From Myxococcales bacterium (GTDB lineage Bacteria; Myxococcota_A; Polyangia; Haliangiales; Haliangiaceae), in NCBI GenBank assembly GCA_016708565.1, contig JADJFN010000001.1:476863-540862 (forward strand): a DNA stretch of 64,000 nucleotides. The letters run 5' to 3'. Both the position numbers and the translations under genes were made by a program. The notes below the pieces were generated by a model, which saw only the letters and a list, made by a program, of their open reading frames with translations, made no database searches and was not told where the DNA came from. Positions 40,832 to 51,237 of the stretch are shown in pieces. Positions within the stretch are counted from its first letter, which is position 1. The number at the start of each line of letters is the position of its first letter.

Positions 40832-43800
40832 TCACGGCGCGTCGTCGGCCGGGCGCACCACCACCGCGTCGACGCCGTCGGCCAGGCGCCAGCCACCGGC
40901 GGCGGTCTCGATGATCTCGCGCTCGTCGGCGATCAGCCCCTTGAGCGTCTGGCGCAGGCGCTTCACCGCGACGTAGACGGTGTTGCGGTGGCGCAGCGGG
41001 TGGTACTCGCGGCCGCCCCAGACGCCGAGGAACAGCTGCTCGGCCGGCACCACCGCGCCGCCGGCCTCGACCAGCGCCGCGAACAGCTCGCACGCCAGCG
41101 GCCGGCCGCGATCGATCGCGACCTGGCCGGCGTGGTTGCAGGTGATCACCGCCCGCACCGGCTCGATCACGAAGGCGTGGCCGGCGCGCAGCCGATCGAG
41201 CTCGCCGTCGTCGACGATCCGCACGCCGCCCTTGCCGACGACGCGGTAGCTGGCGCCCGGGGCCAGCCCGAGCGCGGCCAGCATCGCGCGCTGCCCCGGC
41301 GACGGTGGCGCCTCGCCCAGCGCGACCCGCAGCGCGCGGCCCTCGCCGTGCTCGAGCGACGCGACGCCGGCGTGGACCGCGGCCAGGAGCTCGGCGCGGC
41401 CGCCGACCGCGTCGCCGCGCCGGGTGCGCAGCGCGCCGCGCAAGAGCGCGCACCGGGCCAGCACCCGGCCGTGGCCGGTGGCGGTGGCCAGCGCGGCGGC
41501 CTCGGCGGTCAGCGCCTCGGCCTCGACCAGCCCGGCCGGATCGGCGGTGGCGATCAGCGCCGCGGCGCGCGCCACCAGCGCCCGCGCGTGCTGGCCGCGG
41601 CGCCCGCGCTTGCGGTAGTGCTCGAGGGCGCGGCCGGCGGCGGCCAGCGCGACCCGGGCGTCGCCGCCGTGCAGCTCGACGCCGGCGCGATCGAGATCGA
41701 GCGCGGCCTGGGCGGCGGCGGTCTCGAGATCGGCGGGGCGGGCGGCGAGATCGGCGGCGATCGCGTCGAGGTGGCGGCGCGCGCTGCCGAGGTCGCTGTC
41801 CTGGGCGGCCAGCCGGGCCAGCACCGCCTGGGCGGTGCGCCGGGTCTGGGTGCCGGCGAAGTCCTCGGCGAGCGCCGCCTCGGCCAGCGCCCGGGCCTCG
41901 GCCGGCTTGCCGGCGATCAGCAGCGCCTCGGCGGTGGTGGTGCGGCCGTGGCAGCCCAGCGAGTCGAGCTCGGCGGCCTGGGCCAGCCGCGCCATCCGCG
42001 CCGACAGCTCGATCGCCGCGTTGACCTCGCCCTGGGCCAGCAGCGCGCGCGCGATGTAGTAGCCGGCGATCGACGCCATCACCTGATCGCCGTGATCGTC
42101 GAGGTACGCGAACGCGCGCTCGAGCTTGTCGCGGGCCTCGGGCAGCTCGCCGGCGGCCTGCGCGACGACGCCGGCGTAGAGCGCGCTGACGTGCTCGCGC
42201 AGCGCGCCCCCGGCGGCGGCGCCCAGCACCCGCTCGAGCAGGCCGCGGGCGGTGGCGACGTCGTCGCACTCGGCGCGGGCCAGCACCTCGAGCATCACCA
42301 GCATGACCTCGAGATCGTCGACGCCGGTGCCGCGCAGCGCGAGCACCGCCTCGCGCGCGCAGCCGATCGCCGCGGCGAACTGCTCGGGGATGATGTACGA
42401 CAGCGTCATCGACCAGCCCCAGCGCGCGCGCTCGCGCGGCCCGGCCTCGGGGTAGTCGCCGAGCGCGGCGGTCAGCACCTCGCGGGCGGCCGCGCCGTGG
42501 CCGCGCAGCCCGGCGATGTCGGCCAGCTCGAGCGCGACGCCGAACCGCTCGGCGGCGGTGTCGGCCGCGTCGCGGGCCTGGCGGAACAGCGCCTCGGCCT
42601 CGGTCAGGCGGCCGCGCTGCTGCGCGACGTCGCCGGCCAGCCGCAGCCCGCGCACCGAGCCGCGGGCCGCCGCGCTGATCCGCGCCAGCACGTCGGCGGC
42701 CTCGGCGATCAGCGAGCGCCGCACCAGGATGCGCGCCAGCATCAGCCCGATCGCGTCGCGGGCGTCGTCGACGGCGTCGGCGATCGCGCGCAGGCTGGCG
42801 ATCAGCAGGTGATCGAGGCCGGCCGCGGCGATGACCCGGTAGTGGGTCTCGCAGCGCTCCCACGCCTCGTCGACGTCGCCGGCCGCGGTCAGGTGGTAGA
42901 CCGCCTCGACCAGATCGGCGGCGTCGCCGGGCGTCGCCGGCCGGGTCCCGTCGCCGGCGCGCGCCAGGTGCAGCTCGGCCAGCTGGCGGTGGGCGGCGGC
43001 GCGCTCGCGGCGGGTCGCGACCCGCAGCACCGCGTCGCGCACCAGGTCGTGGACGAGCGCCACGCCGCGGCTGGCGTCGACCAGCAGGTGGCGGCCCAGC
43101 TCGCGCACCCGGGCCGCGCCGGGGCCGGGGCCGCCATCGGGGTCGGGCGCGCCGCCGGCCAGCGCCTGGGCGTCGCCGGTCGACAGCCGGCCGCGGCTCA
43201 GCGCCAGCGCCAGCAGGAGCGCCCGGGCGTCGGGGGCCAGCGCGCGGACGGTGTCGTCGAGGCCGCCGGCCGCGCTGGCGTCGCCGGCGACCTCGCGCAC
43301 GACGAAGAACGGGCTGCCGCCGGAGCGCGCGAACACCGCGCCGGCGTCGGGCACCGGCACGCCCAGCCGCACCGCCAGCTCGCGCACCAACGTCGCGGTG
43401 GCCGAGGCGTCGAGCGGCCCCAGCCGGTGCATCACCGGCGGCGGCAGCTCGGCCGGCAGCGCCAGCTCGACCCGCGACGCCACCAGGATGCGGCTGTTGC
43501 GCACCCGCCGCGACAGGAAGCCCAGCAGCTCGGCCAGCTCGTCGGCCGGCAGGTGGTGCAGATCGTCGAGGAACACCAGCGTCGGCCGGGCCTCGAGCGC
43601 GGCGGCGATGTCGGCCAGGTCGTCGGCCGCCGACGCGCCGCTGGCGGCGAAGTCGATGCGCCGTCGCCGCGCGCCGAGCTGCGACTTGAGCAGCGCCACC
43701 AGGTCGGCGCCGCTGGCGCCCGGCTGCGCCGCCAGCACCAGCGCCTGGGCGTCGGCCCACCGCGGCGTGCGCTGCGCCTCCTCGACCAGCTTGTAGACCA

Positions 43801-43975
43801 GCTCGCTCTTGCCGACGCCGCCGACGCCGTAGAACAGGTGCAGCGTCTCGCGATCGAGCAGCGCCACCGCCCGGGCCAGCTCGTCGGCGCGGCCGACCCA
43901 GCTCGCGACGGCCCGCGGGAAGGGCGGGCTGGTCGGCGGCGGCACCGTGCGGCGACGGGCGAGGCGTTCGCTCAC
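40832..43975 (-). CDS. STAND-class P-loop NTPase with TPR-like helical repeats and a C-terminal OmpR/PhoB-type winged-helix DNA-binding domain.
   Basis: Walker [14 protein letters not shown] and Walker [12 protein letters not shown] in the N-terminal NB-ARC-like region. A long Ala/Leu-rich helical-repeat region follows. The C-terminal ...[24 protein letters not shown]... matches the trans_reg_C winged helix. Confidence 0.7.
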   Translation of the reverse strand: MSERLARRRTVPPPTSPPFPRAVASWVGRADELARAVALLDRETLHLFYGVGGVGKSELVYKLVEEAQRTPRWADAQALVLAAQPGASGADLVALLKSQLGARRRRIDFAASGASAADDLADIAAALEARPTLVFLDDLHHLPADELAELLGFLSRRVRNSRILVASRVELALPAELPPPVMHRLGPLDASATATLVRELAVRLGVPVPDAGAVFARSGGSPFFVVREVAGDASAAGGLDDTVRALAPDARALLLALALSRGRLSTGDAQALAGGAPDPDGGPGPGAARVRELGRHLLVDASRGVALVHDLVRDAVLRVATRRERAAAHRQLAELHLARAGDGTRPATPGDAADLVEAVYHLTAAGDVDEAWERCETHYRVIAAAGLDHLLIASLRAIADAVDDARDAIGLMLARILVRRSLIAEAADVLARISAAARGSVRGLRLAGDVAQQRGRLTEAEALFRQARDAADTAAERFGVALELADIAGLRGHGAAAREVLTAALGDYPEAGPRERARWGWSMTLSYIIPEQFAAAIGCAREAVLALRGTGVDDLEVMLVMLEVLARAECDDVATARGLLERVLGAAAGGALREHVSALYAGVVAQAAGELPEARDKLERAFAYLDDHGDQVMASIAGYYIARALLAQGEVNAAIELSARMARLAQAAELDSLGCHGRTTTAEALLIAGKPAEARALAEAALAEDFAGTQTRRTAQAVLARLAAQDSDLGSARRHLDAIAADLAARPADLETAAAQAALDLDRAGVELHGGDARVALAAAGRALEHYRKRGRRGQHARALVARAAALIATADPAGLVEAEALTAEAAALATATGHGRVLARCALLRGALRTRRGDAVGGRAELLAAVHAGVASLEHGEGRALRVALGEAPPSPGQRAMLAALGLAPGASYRVVGKGGVRIVDDGELDRLRAGHAFVIEPVRAVITCNHAGQVAIDRGRPLACELFAALVEAGGAVVPAEQLFLGVWGGREYHPLRHRNTVYVAVKRLRQTLKGLIADEREIIETAAGGWRLADGVDAVVVRPADDAP

Positions 43976-44086
43976 GCGCCGATCGTAGCCGTCCGGTCGC
44001 GCCCGGTCACGGCCGGCGCGCCGCGATCCTCGGCGGGGAATCCCGACCCCAGCGCTGGTGACGGTCGTCCCGGCGCGTGCCCGGCG

Positions 44087-45208
44087 TCACGGCACCAGCC
44101 GGTAGCGGAACGTCAGCCGGCGGCCGGCGCGGCGCACCCGCACCTGAGCGGTGGCGTCGACCGGCAGCGCGGCCGCGGCGGCGACGATCGCGGCCAGCGG
44201 GCCGGCCGGCCCGCGCGCCAGGTCGATCAGCAGCACGTCGTCGCTGGCGAAGCCCAGCGCCCGCAGCGGCGAGGTCGGCGCCACGTCGTGCAGCGCCAGC
44301 GCCGGCGCGTCGCCGATGGCCCGCAGCTCGATCGCCGCGCCCAGCGCGGGCAGCGCGAGGATCCGATCGCGCACCGCCGCCGGCACCCGCACCTCGCCGC
44401 TGGCGCAGCTGACGCCCCACGCGGTCATCGCGGTCGCCGCCGGGCACGGCATGCGCTCGTCGAGGAACGTGCCGGCGATCATCGCGGTGGCCAGGAGCGT
44501 CGCGGCCTGGCCGTCGGGCAGCCGCAGGCCCAGCGCCAGCGTCGGATCGCCCGGCGTCGGCCCGGCGACGGTCAGCGCCGCCACCGCGGCCCACGCGCCG
44601 CCCAGCCGATCGCGATCGGCGTTGGCGCGCCAGCGCTCGATCCGCGCGCGCACGCCGTCGGCGGCGCTGCCGGCGTCGAACCGCACGCTGGCCCGGGCGT
44701 CGACGCCGGCCCGCGGATCGAGCGTCACGTCGGCGCGCGCCACCACCCCGGCCGACAGCTCGTAGTCGGCGATCGCCCGGGCCGGCGCCTTGGGCAGGCG
44801 GGCGAAGCGCGCGCGGCGATCGCGATCGGTGAAGAACCCCGGCTCGCCGTCCGCGCGCGGCGCCAGGCCGTGGCTCCACAGCGCCAGCGCGCCACGCTCG
44901 ACCAGCGCCGGGCACCCGCCGCGCGGCCCGCCGTCGATCGCCAGCAGGTAGCCGTCCTCAGGCAGCATGTGGGCCCACGCGATCACCACCCGATCGGCGG
45001 CGGCGGCGCGGGCCAGCACGCACGCCGGCACCTCGCCGCGCCGCGCGACCGCTCGGGCCTGGGCCTCGGCCCAGGTGCCGCCCACCGCCCGCGGGGTCAG
45101 CTCGACCACCACGCCGGCCTCCTCGGGGATGGCGTCGAGCGCCCGGCTCGGCGCCCGCGACCCGCGGCACGCGGCCACGAGCGCGCAGATCGCGAGGCAC
45201 CAGCGCAT
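44087..45208 (-). CDS. Hypothetical lipoprotein.
   Basis: MRWCLAICALVAAC lipobox and no other motif. Preferred over an overlapping alternative-frame ORF. Confidence 0.4.
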   Translation of the reverse strand: MRWCLAICALVAACRGSRAPSRALDAIPEEAGVVVELTPRAVGGTWAEAQARAVARRGEVPACVLARAAAADRVVIAWAHMLPEDGYLLAIDGGPRGGCPALVERGALALWSHGLAPRADGEPGFFTDRDRRARFARLPKAPARAIADYELSAGVVARADVTLDPRAGVDARASVRFDAGSAADGVRARIERWRANADRDRLGGAWAAVAALTVAGPTPGDPTLALGLRLPDGQAATLLATAMIAGTFLDERMPCPAATAMTAWGVSCASGEVRVPAAVRDRILALPALGAAIELRAIGDAPALALHDVAPTSPLRALGFASDDVLLIDLARGPAGPLAAIVAAAAALPVDATAQVRVRRAGRRLTFRYRLVP

Positions 45209-45274
45209 CGGGCGCCCACGCTACCACGCCGGATCGGGATGACGCCGGTCGGCCTCCGCGTTACATCCGCAGCC

Positions 45275-45901
45275 ATGAAGCTCGCGTTCGCCTCGTCGCT
45301 CCTGCTCGCCGCGGCCGCCTGTGGCGGCGGCGCCCACGCCACCGCGCCCATCGCCAACGGCGGCACGCCCGCGCCGGCGGCCGGCGACATCCACGCGGTC
45401 GACTGGGCCAACCGCACGTACCAGTCGGGCGACGGCACGTTCACCGTCAAGGACGGCGCCGCCGAGTTCGCGTTCGACGAGGAGGGCAACGAGGTCGCGC
45501 CCGACTACCAGCCCAAGGATCCCGACGGCTTCGTCGAGCACGGCTACTTCAACGTGACGCCGCCGCGCTTCGGCGACGTCGACGGCGACGGCGCCGACGA
45601 CGCGCTGGTGATCCACGTCTACAACGGCGGTGGCACCGGCCAGTTCGACGGCGTCACGCTGTACACGATGCGCGGCGGCGCGCCGGTCGCGCTCGGCGAG
45701 ATCCCCGGCGGCGATCGCGGCGACGGCGGCATCAGCGACGCCCACATCGAGGGCGGCGTCGTGCTGGTCGATCGGATGATGTCGCAAGAGGGCGACGGCG
45801 CGTGCTGCCCGTCGAAGCTGCAGCAGGAGCGGTGGGCGTGGAAGGGCGGCGCGTTCGTCGAGGACGAGGCGGCGCGGCGGCTGGTCGACATGCCGCAGTG
45901 A
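45275..45901 (+). CDS. Hypothetical lipoprotein (208 aa).
   Basis: MKLAFASSLLLAAAAC lipobox, Asp/Gly-rich (FGDVDGDGADDALV). It is the only credible part of the 1852-aa track ORF. Confidence 0.55.
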   Translation: MKLAFASSLLLAAAACGGGAHATAPIANGGTPAPAAGDIHAVDWANRTYQSGDGTFTVKDGAAEFAFDEEGNEVAPDYQPKDPDGFVEHGYFNVTPPRFGDVDGDGADDALVIHVYNGGGTGQFDGVTLYTMRGGAPVALGEIPGGDRGDGGISDAHIEGGVVLVDRMMSQEGDGACCPSKLQQERWAWKGGAFVEDEAARRLVDMPQ

Positions 45902-45923
45902 CCGCGGTGGGGTAGCCTCGGGC

Positions 45924-46328
45924 ATGGACCTGCGCGCCATCCTCGAACGCAGCCGCACCGTCGCCGTCGTCGGCATCCACCACGACGCGGCGCGGCCGGC
46001 GCACTACGTGCCGGCCTACCTGCACGACCACGGCTACCGCATCCGCGGCGTCAACCCGGCGCTGGTCGGGCGCGTGCTGTTCGGGCACCCGGTGGTCGCC
46101 ACCCTGGCCGACGTCGACGAGCCGATCGACCTGGTCGACGTGTTCCGCCGCGGCGACGCGCTGCCCGACCACCTCGCCGAGCTGCTGGCCTGCCCGGCGC
46201 CGGTGGTGTGGTTCCAGCTCGGCATCACCAACGATGCGGTGGCGGCGGCGCTGACCGCCGCCGGCAAGCAGGTGGTGCAAGATCGCTGCACGCTCGCCGA
46301 GCACCGCCGGTTGGGGCTGGGCGCATGA
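45924..46328 (+). CDS. CoA-binding domain protein (YccU/CoA_binding_2 family).
   Basis: RTVAVVGIHHDAARPAHYVPAYLHDHGYRIRGVNP matches the small CoA-binding Rossmann protein. Confidence 0.7.
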   Translation: MDLRAILERSRTVAVVGIHHDAARPAHYVPAYLHDHGYRIRGVNPALVGRVLFGHPVVATLADVDEPIDLVDVFRRGDALPDHLAELLACPAPVVWFQLGITNDAVAAALTAAGKQVVQDRCTLAEHRRLGLGA

Positions 46329-46335
46329 GCTCTCT

Positions 46336-46413
46336 GGAAGGGGCTTTCGCAAAGCCCCTTCCCCGTCGGGTCATGCCCCGACGGGGCCCCAACCCGAAAC
46401 GCGAGATCGTGTT
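46336..46413. repeat. Palindromic double-hairpin repeat element, copy C (inverted orientation).
   Basis: GGAAGGGGCTTTcgcAAAGCCCCTTCC hairpin, then CCGTCGGG-tcatg-CCCGACGG, then CCCGAAACGCGAGA. Its reverse complement aligns almost base for base with the 61343-61412 copy. Confidence 0.7.
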
Positions 46414-46508
46414 CGGGGATCCGCGTGCTGATCAACCCGGTGATCGCCGCGCGCCTGCGCGGGCCGATCCGCGTTGCTCCCAGGCCCGGCATCGGGCATG
46501 GTGCCAGG

Positions 46509-46883
46509 ATGCTCCTGTGGATCGTGCTCGGCATCGCCGGCGCCATCACCACCTACGTGGTGGTGGGCGTGTGGTCCGATCGCCGGGTCGCGCTGCCGCC
46601 GGCCGGGACGCCCGAGGTGCCGCCGCCCGGGCCGCTGCCGGTCGCGCCGCCGGCGCCGCCGGCCGCGCCGATCCTGCGCGGCGACACCGCGGCCACCGCC
46701 GTGCCGGTGCCCGCCGCCTGGCGCGAGAAGCTGGCGGCCGGCAAGTGCGGCTGCGGCCAGGCGCTAGCGATCGCCAGCGACGAGGCGCTGCGCTACGACG
46801 GCCGGCTGATGGTGGTGGTGCGGCTGGCGTGCGCGGCCTGCGGCCACGCGCGGTCGGTCTACCTGGCGCCCGCCGAGGCGTGA
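46509..46883 (+). CDS. Hypothetical small membrane-anchored protein with a C-terminal Cys cluster.
   Basis: MLLWIVLGIAGAITTYVVVGVW TM helix, a Pro-rich linker, then CGCG...CAACGH. Start uncertain (the track has 46425). Confidence 0.35.
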   Translation: MLLWIVLGIAGAITTYVVVGVWSDRRVALPPAGTPEVPPPGPLPVAPPAPPAAPILRGDTAATAVPVPAAWREKLAAGKCGCGQALAIASDEALRYDGRLMVVVRLACAACGHARSVYLAPAEA

Positions 46884-47546
<663 letters not shown>

Positions 47547-47643
47547 GAGCGATCGAGTACGCGATCGCTCTGACACCGCCACCGCCACCGCCACCGCCCA
47601 GCTCTCGTCCCGGGGCTGGGCTCGTCGGGGACCGCCCCAGGTC

Positions 47644-49881
47644 TCAGAACTTGTAGGTCGCGCCGACGCGGGCGTAGGTGTTGTAGTCGGTCGTCAGCAT
47701 CGGCTGGTTGAAGTCGTCGACGAACAGCGCGCGCTCGCTCTGGAACGGGGCGCCCTCGAGCATGACCCACAGGTTCCAGCGCTGGCGCAGCGCGATCTCG
47801 GCGATCACCGCGGTCATCAGCCGGACGCCGCCGTCGCGGCTGAAGAAGTCGTTGCCGCTCTCGCCGGTGAGGTCCTCGACCCGCTTGGCCTCCTCGGCCG
47901 TGTAGCCGTCGGCCATCGGCGCCGGGCCGCCGGCGCGGTGCAGGTACTTGGTGCACGCGGCGATCGGATCGCCGTCGAACGGCATCGCGTCGGTCGGCGC
48001 GACGCCGCTCTTGAGCTCGGGGCAGTGGCGGTCGCTCCAGAACTCGAGGTAGGCGCGGGCGCTGACCGTGACGTGGGTGAACGCGGTCAGCGACGCGACG
48101 CCGCCGGCGCTGAACGTCGCGCCGTTGCGCTTGGAGTCGTCGAACAGCTTCGAGCCCCACCACAGGTTGCCGAACACGCCGGCCGAGAACGGGTCGTTGT
48201 CGACCAGCTGGAACCGCGCGCCCAGGCCGATCTCCGAGCGCTCGATCATCGAGCGCACGCCGACGTTGGCGTCGAAGCCGATGCCGGACTTCTTGCCGGC
48301 GCCGACCGCGACCCGGACGTCGAAGAAGTACGGGTAGCCCAGGCTGATGTCGACCGTCGACCGGCCGCGCGGCATCGTCCGCGCGCCCCACGACGCCAGG
48401 CCCCGCTGCTGGGCCTTGAGCTGGTCGTCGGACAGGCCCTCGACCTTGAGCGTCGCCGAGACGATGTCGCTCTTGCCGCCCTCGAGCATGTGGGTCTCCT
48501 CCCACGGCTGGTAGCCGGCCTTCTGGACGCGGATGATCGTCGTGCCGACCTCGATCTCGGTCAGCTCGAGCGGGGTCACGCCCTGGGGCAGGCCGTTGAT
48601 CATGACCTCGGCGCCGGGCGGATCCGACAGCACCCGCAGCCGGGCCACGGCCTTGAGGTCGGCCGACACCGTCAGGGTCTGGCCCTCCTCGAGGCGGACC
48701 TTGGTCTCGAAGGTCTTGTAGCCGGCCAGCTTGACCACGACGAAGTGATCGCCGCGGGCGACCTGCTTCTCCTGCGGCACCTTGCCGATGCCGGCGCCGT
48801 CGAGGAAGACGTCGGCGTCGGGCACCGCCGACAGCACCTTGAGCGTGCCCTTGCCGCCGGCCCCGGCCTCGGCGTTGAGGTCGAGCTTGAGCACGGTCGA
48901 CTGGCCGTCGTTGATCGTGATGCGCTCCTCGTGCGGCTGGTAGCCGGGGGCCTTCACCTCGAGCACGTGGTCGCCGCCCTTCACCTGCTTGATGTCGAGC
49001 GGCACCTTGCCCATGGGGGTGCCGTCGAGGAAGACCTCGGCGCCGGTGACGTTGGACAGCACGCGGATGGTGCCGCCCTGGCCGCCCAGCGTGGCCTTGA
49101 GCTCGCCGCGCACCTTGGCCTGCTGCCCGGCCAGCACCTGGATGGTCTGCTTCCACGGGATCGCCGGGTCCTTGCGCAGCTCGACCACGTGCAGGCCCTC
49201 GATCACGTCGTTGAGCACCAGCGGGGTGGTGCCGTTCTGCTTGTTGCCGTCGAGGTACACCTCGGCGTCGGCGACGTCGGCCTCGACCACGATGATGCCG
49301 ACCTTGGGCTTGGCCACCGCCTTGAGCACCGGGGTCAGGTTGGCCTTCTCGTTGTCCTTGACCTCGACCCAGGTCTGGAAGTTGTCGAAGCCCTCGCGCT
49401 TGAGCTCGACCAGGTGGCGGCCGGCGGTGGTGGTGAGCAGCACCGGCGCCGAGCCCTGGGACTGGCCGTCGAGGTAGACCGTCGCGCCGAAGACGTTCTG
49501 ATCGGCGTCGGCGCGGATGTCGATGCGCGGCGGGTCGACCTTCTTGATCAGCGGGATGAAGACGCTCTGCACCTTGCGGGTGCGGGCCACCTTCTGGTTC
49601 TTCTGGGCCAGCTGGTAGCCGTCGAGCTCGACGATGATCAGGTAGTCCCCGTTCTTCATCTTGCCCTGCCACGGGGTCACCCCGACCGCGCCGAGCTCCT
49701 TGCGGTCGATGTAGATGGTGGCGCCGGGCGGGGCCGACTCGATCTTGACGGGGTACTTGCCGCCGGACAGGGCGGGGTGGCTCTGGGCCGCGGCCGGACC
49801 GGCCAGGCACAGCGCCACGATCGCGAGCGCAAAGATCGACGCGCCGCGGAGCCAGCGCAGAGGCAACTCGGTGAGCTTCAT
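47644..49881 (-). CDS. Multi-PEGA-domain secreted protein with a C-terminal beta-rich (possibly outer-membrane barrel) domain.
   Basis: Signal peptide (LRGASIFALAIVALCLAGPAAAQ). At least six repeats of the PEGA pattern (PPGATIYIDRKELG, FGATVYLDGQSQGSAP, ADAEVYLDGNKQNGTTP, TGAEVFLDGTPMGKVP, PDADVFLDGAGIGKVP, PGAEVMINGLPQGVTP). Lys-rich composition unlike the overlapping alternative ORFs. Confidence 0.8.
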   Translation of the reverse strand: MKLTELPLRWLRGASIFALAIVALCLAGPAAAQSHPALSGGKYPVKIESAPPGATIYIDRKELGAVGVTPWQGKMKNGDYLIIVELDGYQLAQKNQKVARTRKVQSVFIPLIKKVDPPRIDIRADADQNVFGATVYLDGQSQGSAPVLLTTTAGRHLVELKREGFDNFQTWVEVKDNEKANLTPVLKAVAKPKVGIIVVEADVADAEVYLDGNKQNGTTPLVLNDVIEGLHVVELRKDPAIPWKQTIQVLAGQQAKVRGELKATLGGQGGTIRVLSNVTGAEVFLDGTPMGKVPLDIKQVKGGDHVLEVKAPGYQPHEERITINDGQSTVLKLDLNAEAGAGGKGTLKVLSAVPDADVFLDGAGIGKVPQEKQVARGDHFVVVKLAGYKTFETKVRLEEGQTLTVSADLKAVARLRVLSDPPGAEVMINGLPQGVTPLELTEIEVGTTIIRVQKAGYQPWEETHMLEGGKSDIVSATLKVEGLSDDQLKAQQRGLASWGARTMPRGRSTVDISLGYPYFFDVRVAVGAGKKSGIGFDANVGVRSMIERSEIGLGARFQLVDNDPFSAGVFGNLWWGSKLFDDSKRNGATFSAGGVASLTAFTHVTVSARAYLEFWSDRHCPELKSGVAPTDAMPFDGDPIAACTKYLHRAGGPAPMADGYTAEEAKRVEDLTGESGNDFFSRDGGVRLMTAVIAEIALRQRWNLWVMLEGAPFQSERALFVDDFNQPMLTTDYNTYARVGATYKF

Positions 49882-49997
49882 GGTGCGGGAACTCCCCTTC
49901 ATGCGAGGGCGAACGTAGCAGGTCCGGCGACCGCCCGAGGCGTCCGGTCCCTGGTTTCGACGCCGCGGTTCACCCGGTGTTCACCGTGCGTGACGGC

Positions 49998-50825
49998 TCA
50001 CACACCGGCCATGTGCGAGACGGTGCCGGAGATCAACAGCGACGCGACCGCGATCGCCACCGCGCCGCGGTACAGCGCGAAGCCGACCAGGCGGTGGCTG
50101 CCGAGGAAGCGCAAGAGCCACGCGATCGACGCGTAGCCGCTGAGCGCGGCCACCACCAGTGCCACCGTCATCGGCTTCCAGGCGCCGGGCCCGAGCTCGG
50201 CCATCGACTGCTTGGCCTCGAGGATCGCGGCGCCGGCGATCGCCGGGATGCCCAGCAAGAACGAGAACCGCGCGGCGTCGGTGCGGCGCATCCCGACCAG
50301 CAGCGCCGCGACGATCGTCGCGCCCGAGCGCGACACGCCCGGGCACAGCGCCATGGCCTGGGCCCCGCCGATGATCAGCGCGTCGCGCACGCCGAGGTCG
50401 TCGAGCGTGCGCGCGCCCTGGGCCCGGGCGTCGATCACCGCCATCAGCACGCCGACCACCATCAGCGACGCGGCGATCACCCACAGCGAGCGCGCGTCGC
50501 CCTCGACGAGGTCCTTGGCCAGGAGGCCGAGCACGACGATCGGCACGGTGCCGAGCACGATCAGCAGCGGCAGCCGGCCGCGCGGGCTGCGCGGATCGCG
50601 GAACATCGCGCGCGGCAGGTCGATGAACAGGTCGCGCGCGAAGTAGACGATCACGGCGGCCAGCGTGCCGAGCTGCAGCACCGCGGTGAACGCGGCGCCA
50701 GGATCGTGCTGGCCGAGCAGCGCCGGCGCCAGGCGCAGGTGCGCGGTCGACGACACCGGCAAGAACTCGGTGAGCCCCTGGATCAGACCCAGGACGATCG
50801 CGAACCAGATCGGCACGGCGCGCAC
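49998..50825 (-). CDS. uppP: Undecaprenyl-diphosphate phosphatase (BacA/UppP).
   Basis: GLIQGLTEFLPVSSTAHL and GVSRSGATI are conserved UppP motifs. 275 aa, polytopic. Confidence 0.9.
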   Translation of the reverse strand: MRAVPIWFAIVLGLIQGLTEFLPVSSTAHLRLAPALLGQHDPGAAFTAVLQLGTLAAVIVYFARDLFIDLPRAMFRDPRSPRGRLPLLIVLGTVPIVVLGLLAKDLVEGDARSLWVIAASLMVVGVLMAVIDARAQGARTLDDLGVRDALIIGGAQAMALCPGVSRSGATIVAALLVGMRRTDAARFSFLLGIPAIAGAAILEAKQSMAELGPGAWKPMTVALVVAALSGYASIAWLLRFLGSHRLVGFALYRGAVAIAVASLLISGTVSHMAGV

Positions 50826-50841
50826 GCTATCATGCGCGCCG

Positions 50842-51237
50842 ATGCCTCGCTTCGCCTCGCTGTCGCTCGCGCTGGTGCTCGCCGCCTGTCCGCACGCCGC
50901 GCCGACCGCGCCGCCGACGCCGCCGGCGGCGATCGACGCCGGCCCCGAGGTCGTGGCGCCGACCGTCGACGCCGCGCCGCCGGCGCTGACCGCCGACGAG
51001 TGCGGCGCCTATGTCGATCACGTGCTGGCGGTGGCGCTGACGGCGATGCGCGGCACCCGCGCCGCCGACGAGATCCCGACCGGCGAGCAGGTCGCGGCGA
51101 TCCGCGCGAAGCTGGTGGCCAGCGAGCCGTGCCGCGAGCTGGATCGCGCGGCGTGGACGTGCGCGCTGGCGGCGAGCGATCAGGCGGCGCTGTACGCGTG
51201 CGCCGGGCCGGCGACGCCGGCTACCGGCGCGCGCTGA
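50842..51237 (+). CDS. Small lipoprotein.
   Basis: MPRFASLSLALVLAAC lipobox, with four Cys downstream. It is the C-terminal part of a track ORF. Confidence 0.5.
   Translation: MPRFASLSLALVLAACPHAAPTAPPTPPAAIDAGPEVVAPTVDAAPPALTADECGAYVDHVLAVALTAMRGTRAADEIPTGEQVAAIRAKLVASEPCRELDRAAWTCALAASDQAALYACAGPATPATGAR

Noticed and set aside
40434-43760. 1108-aa minus-strand ORF overlapping the STAND gene in another frame.
   Set aside because: This frame gives Arg/Gly/Ala low complexity. The 40832-43975 frame contains Walker A/B, helical repeats and a wHTH motif, so that is taken as the real frame.
40343-45274. Bulk of the 1852-aa plus-strand ORF.
   Set aside because: It is antisense to the STAND NTPase gene and the lipoprotein gene. 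The translation is Arg/Ala/Gly-rich nonsense. Only its last 208 codons (45275-45901, a lipoprotein with signal peptide) look real.
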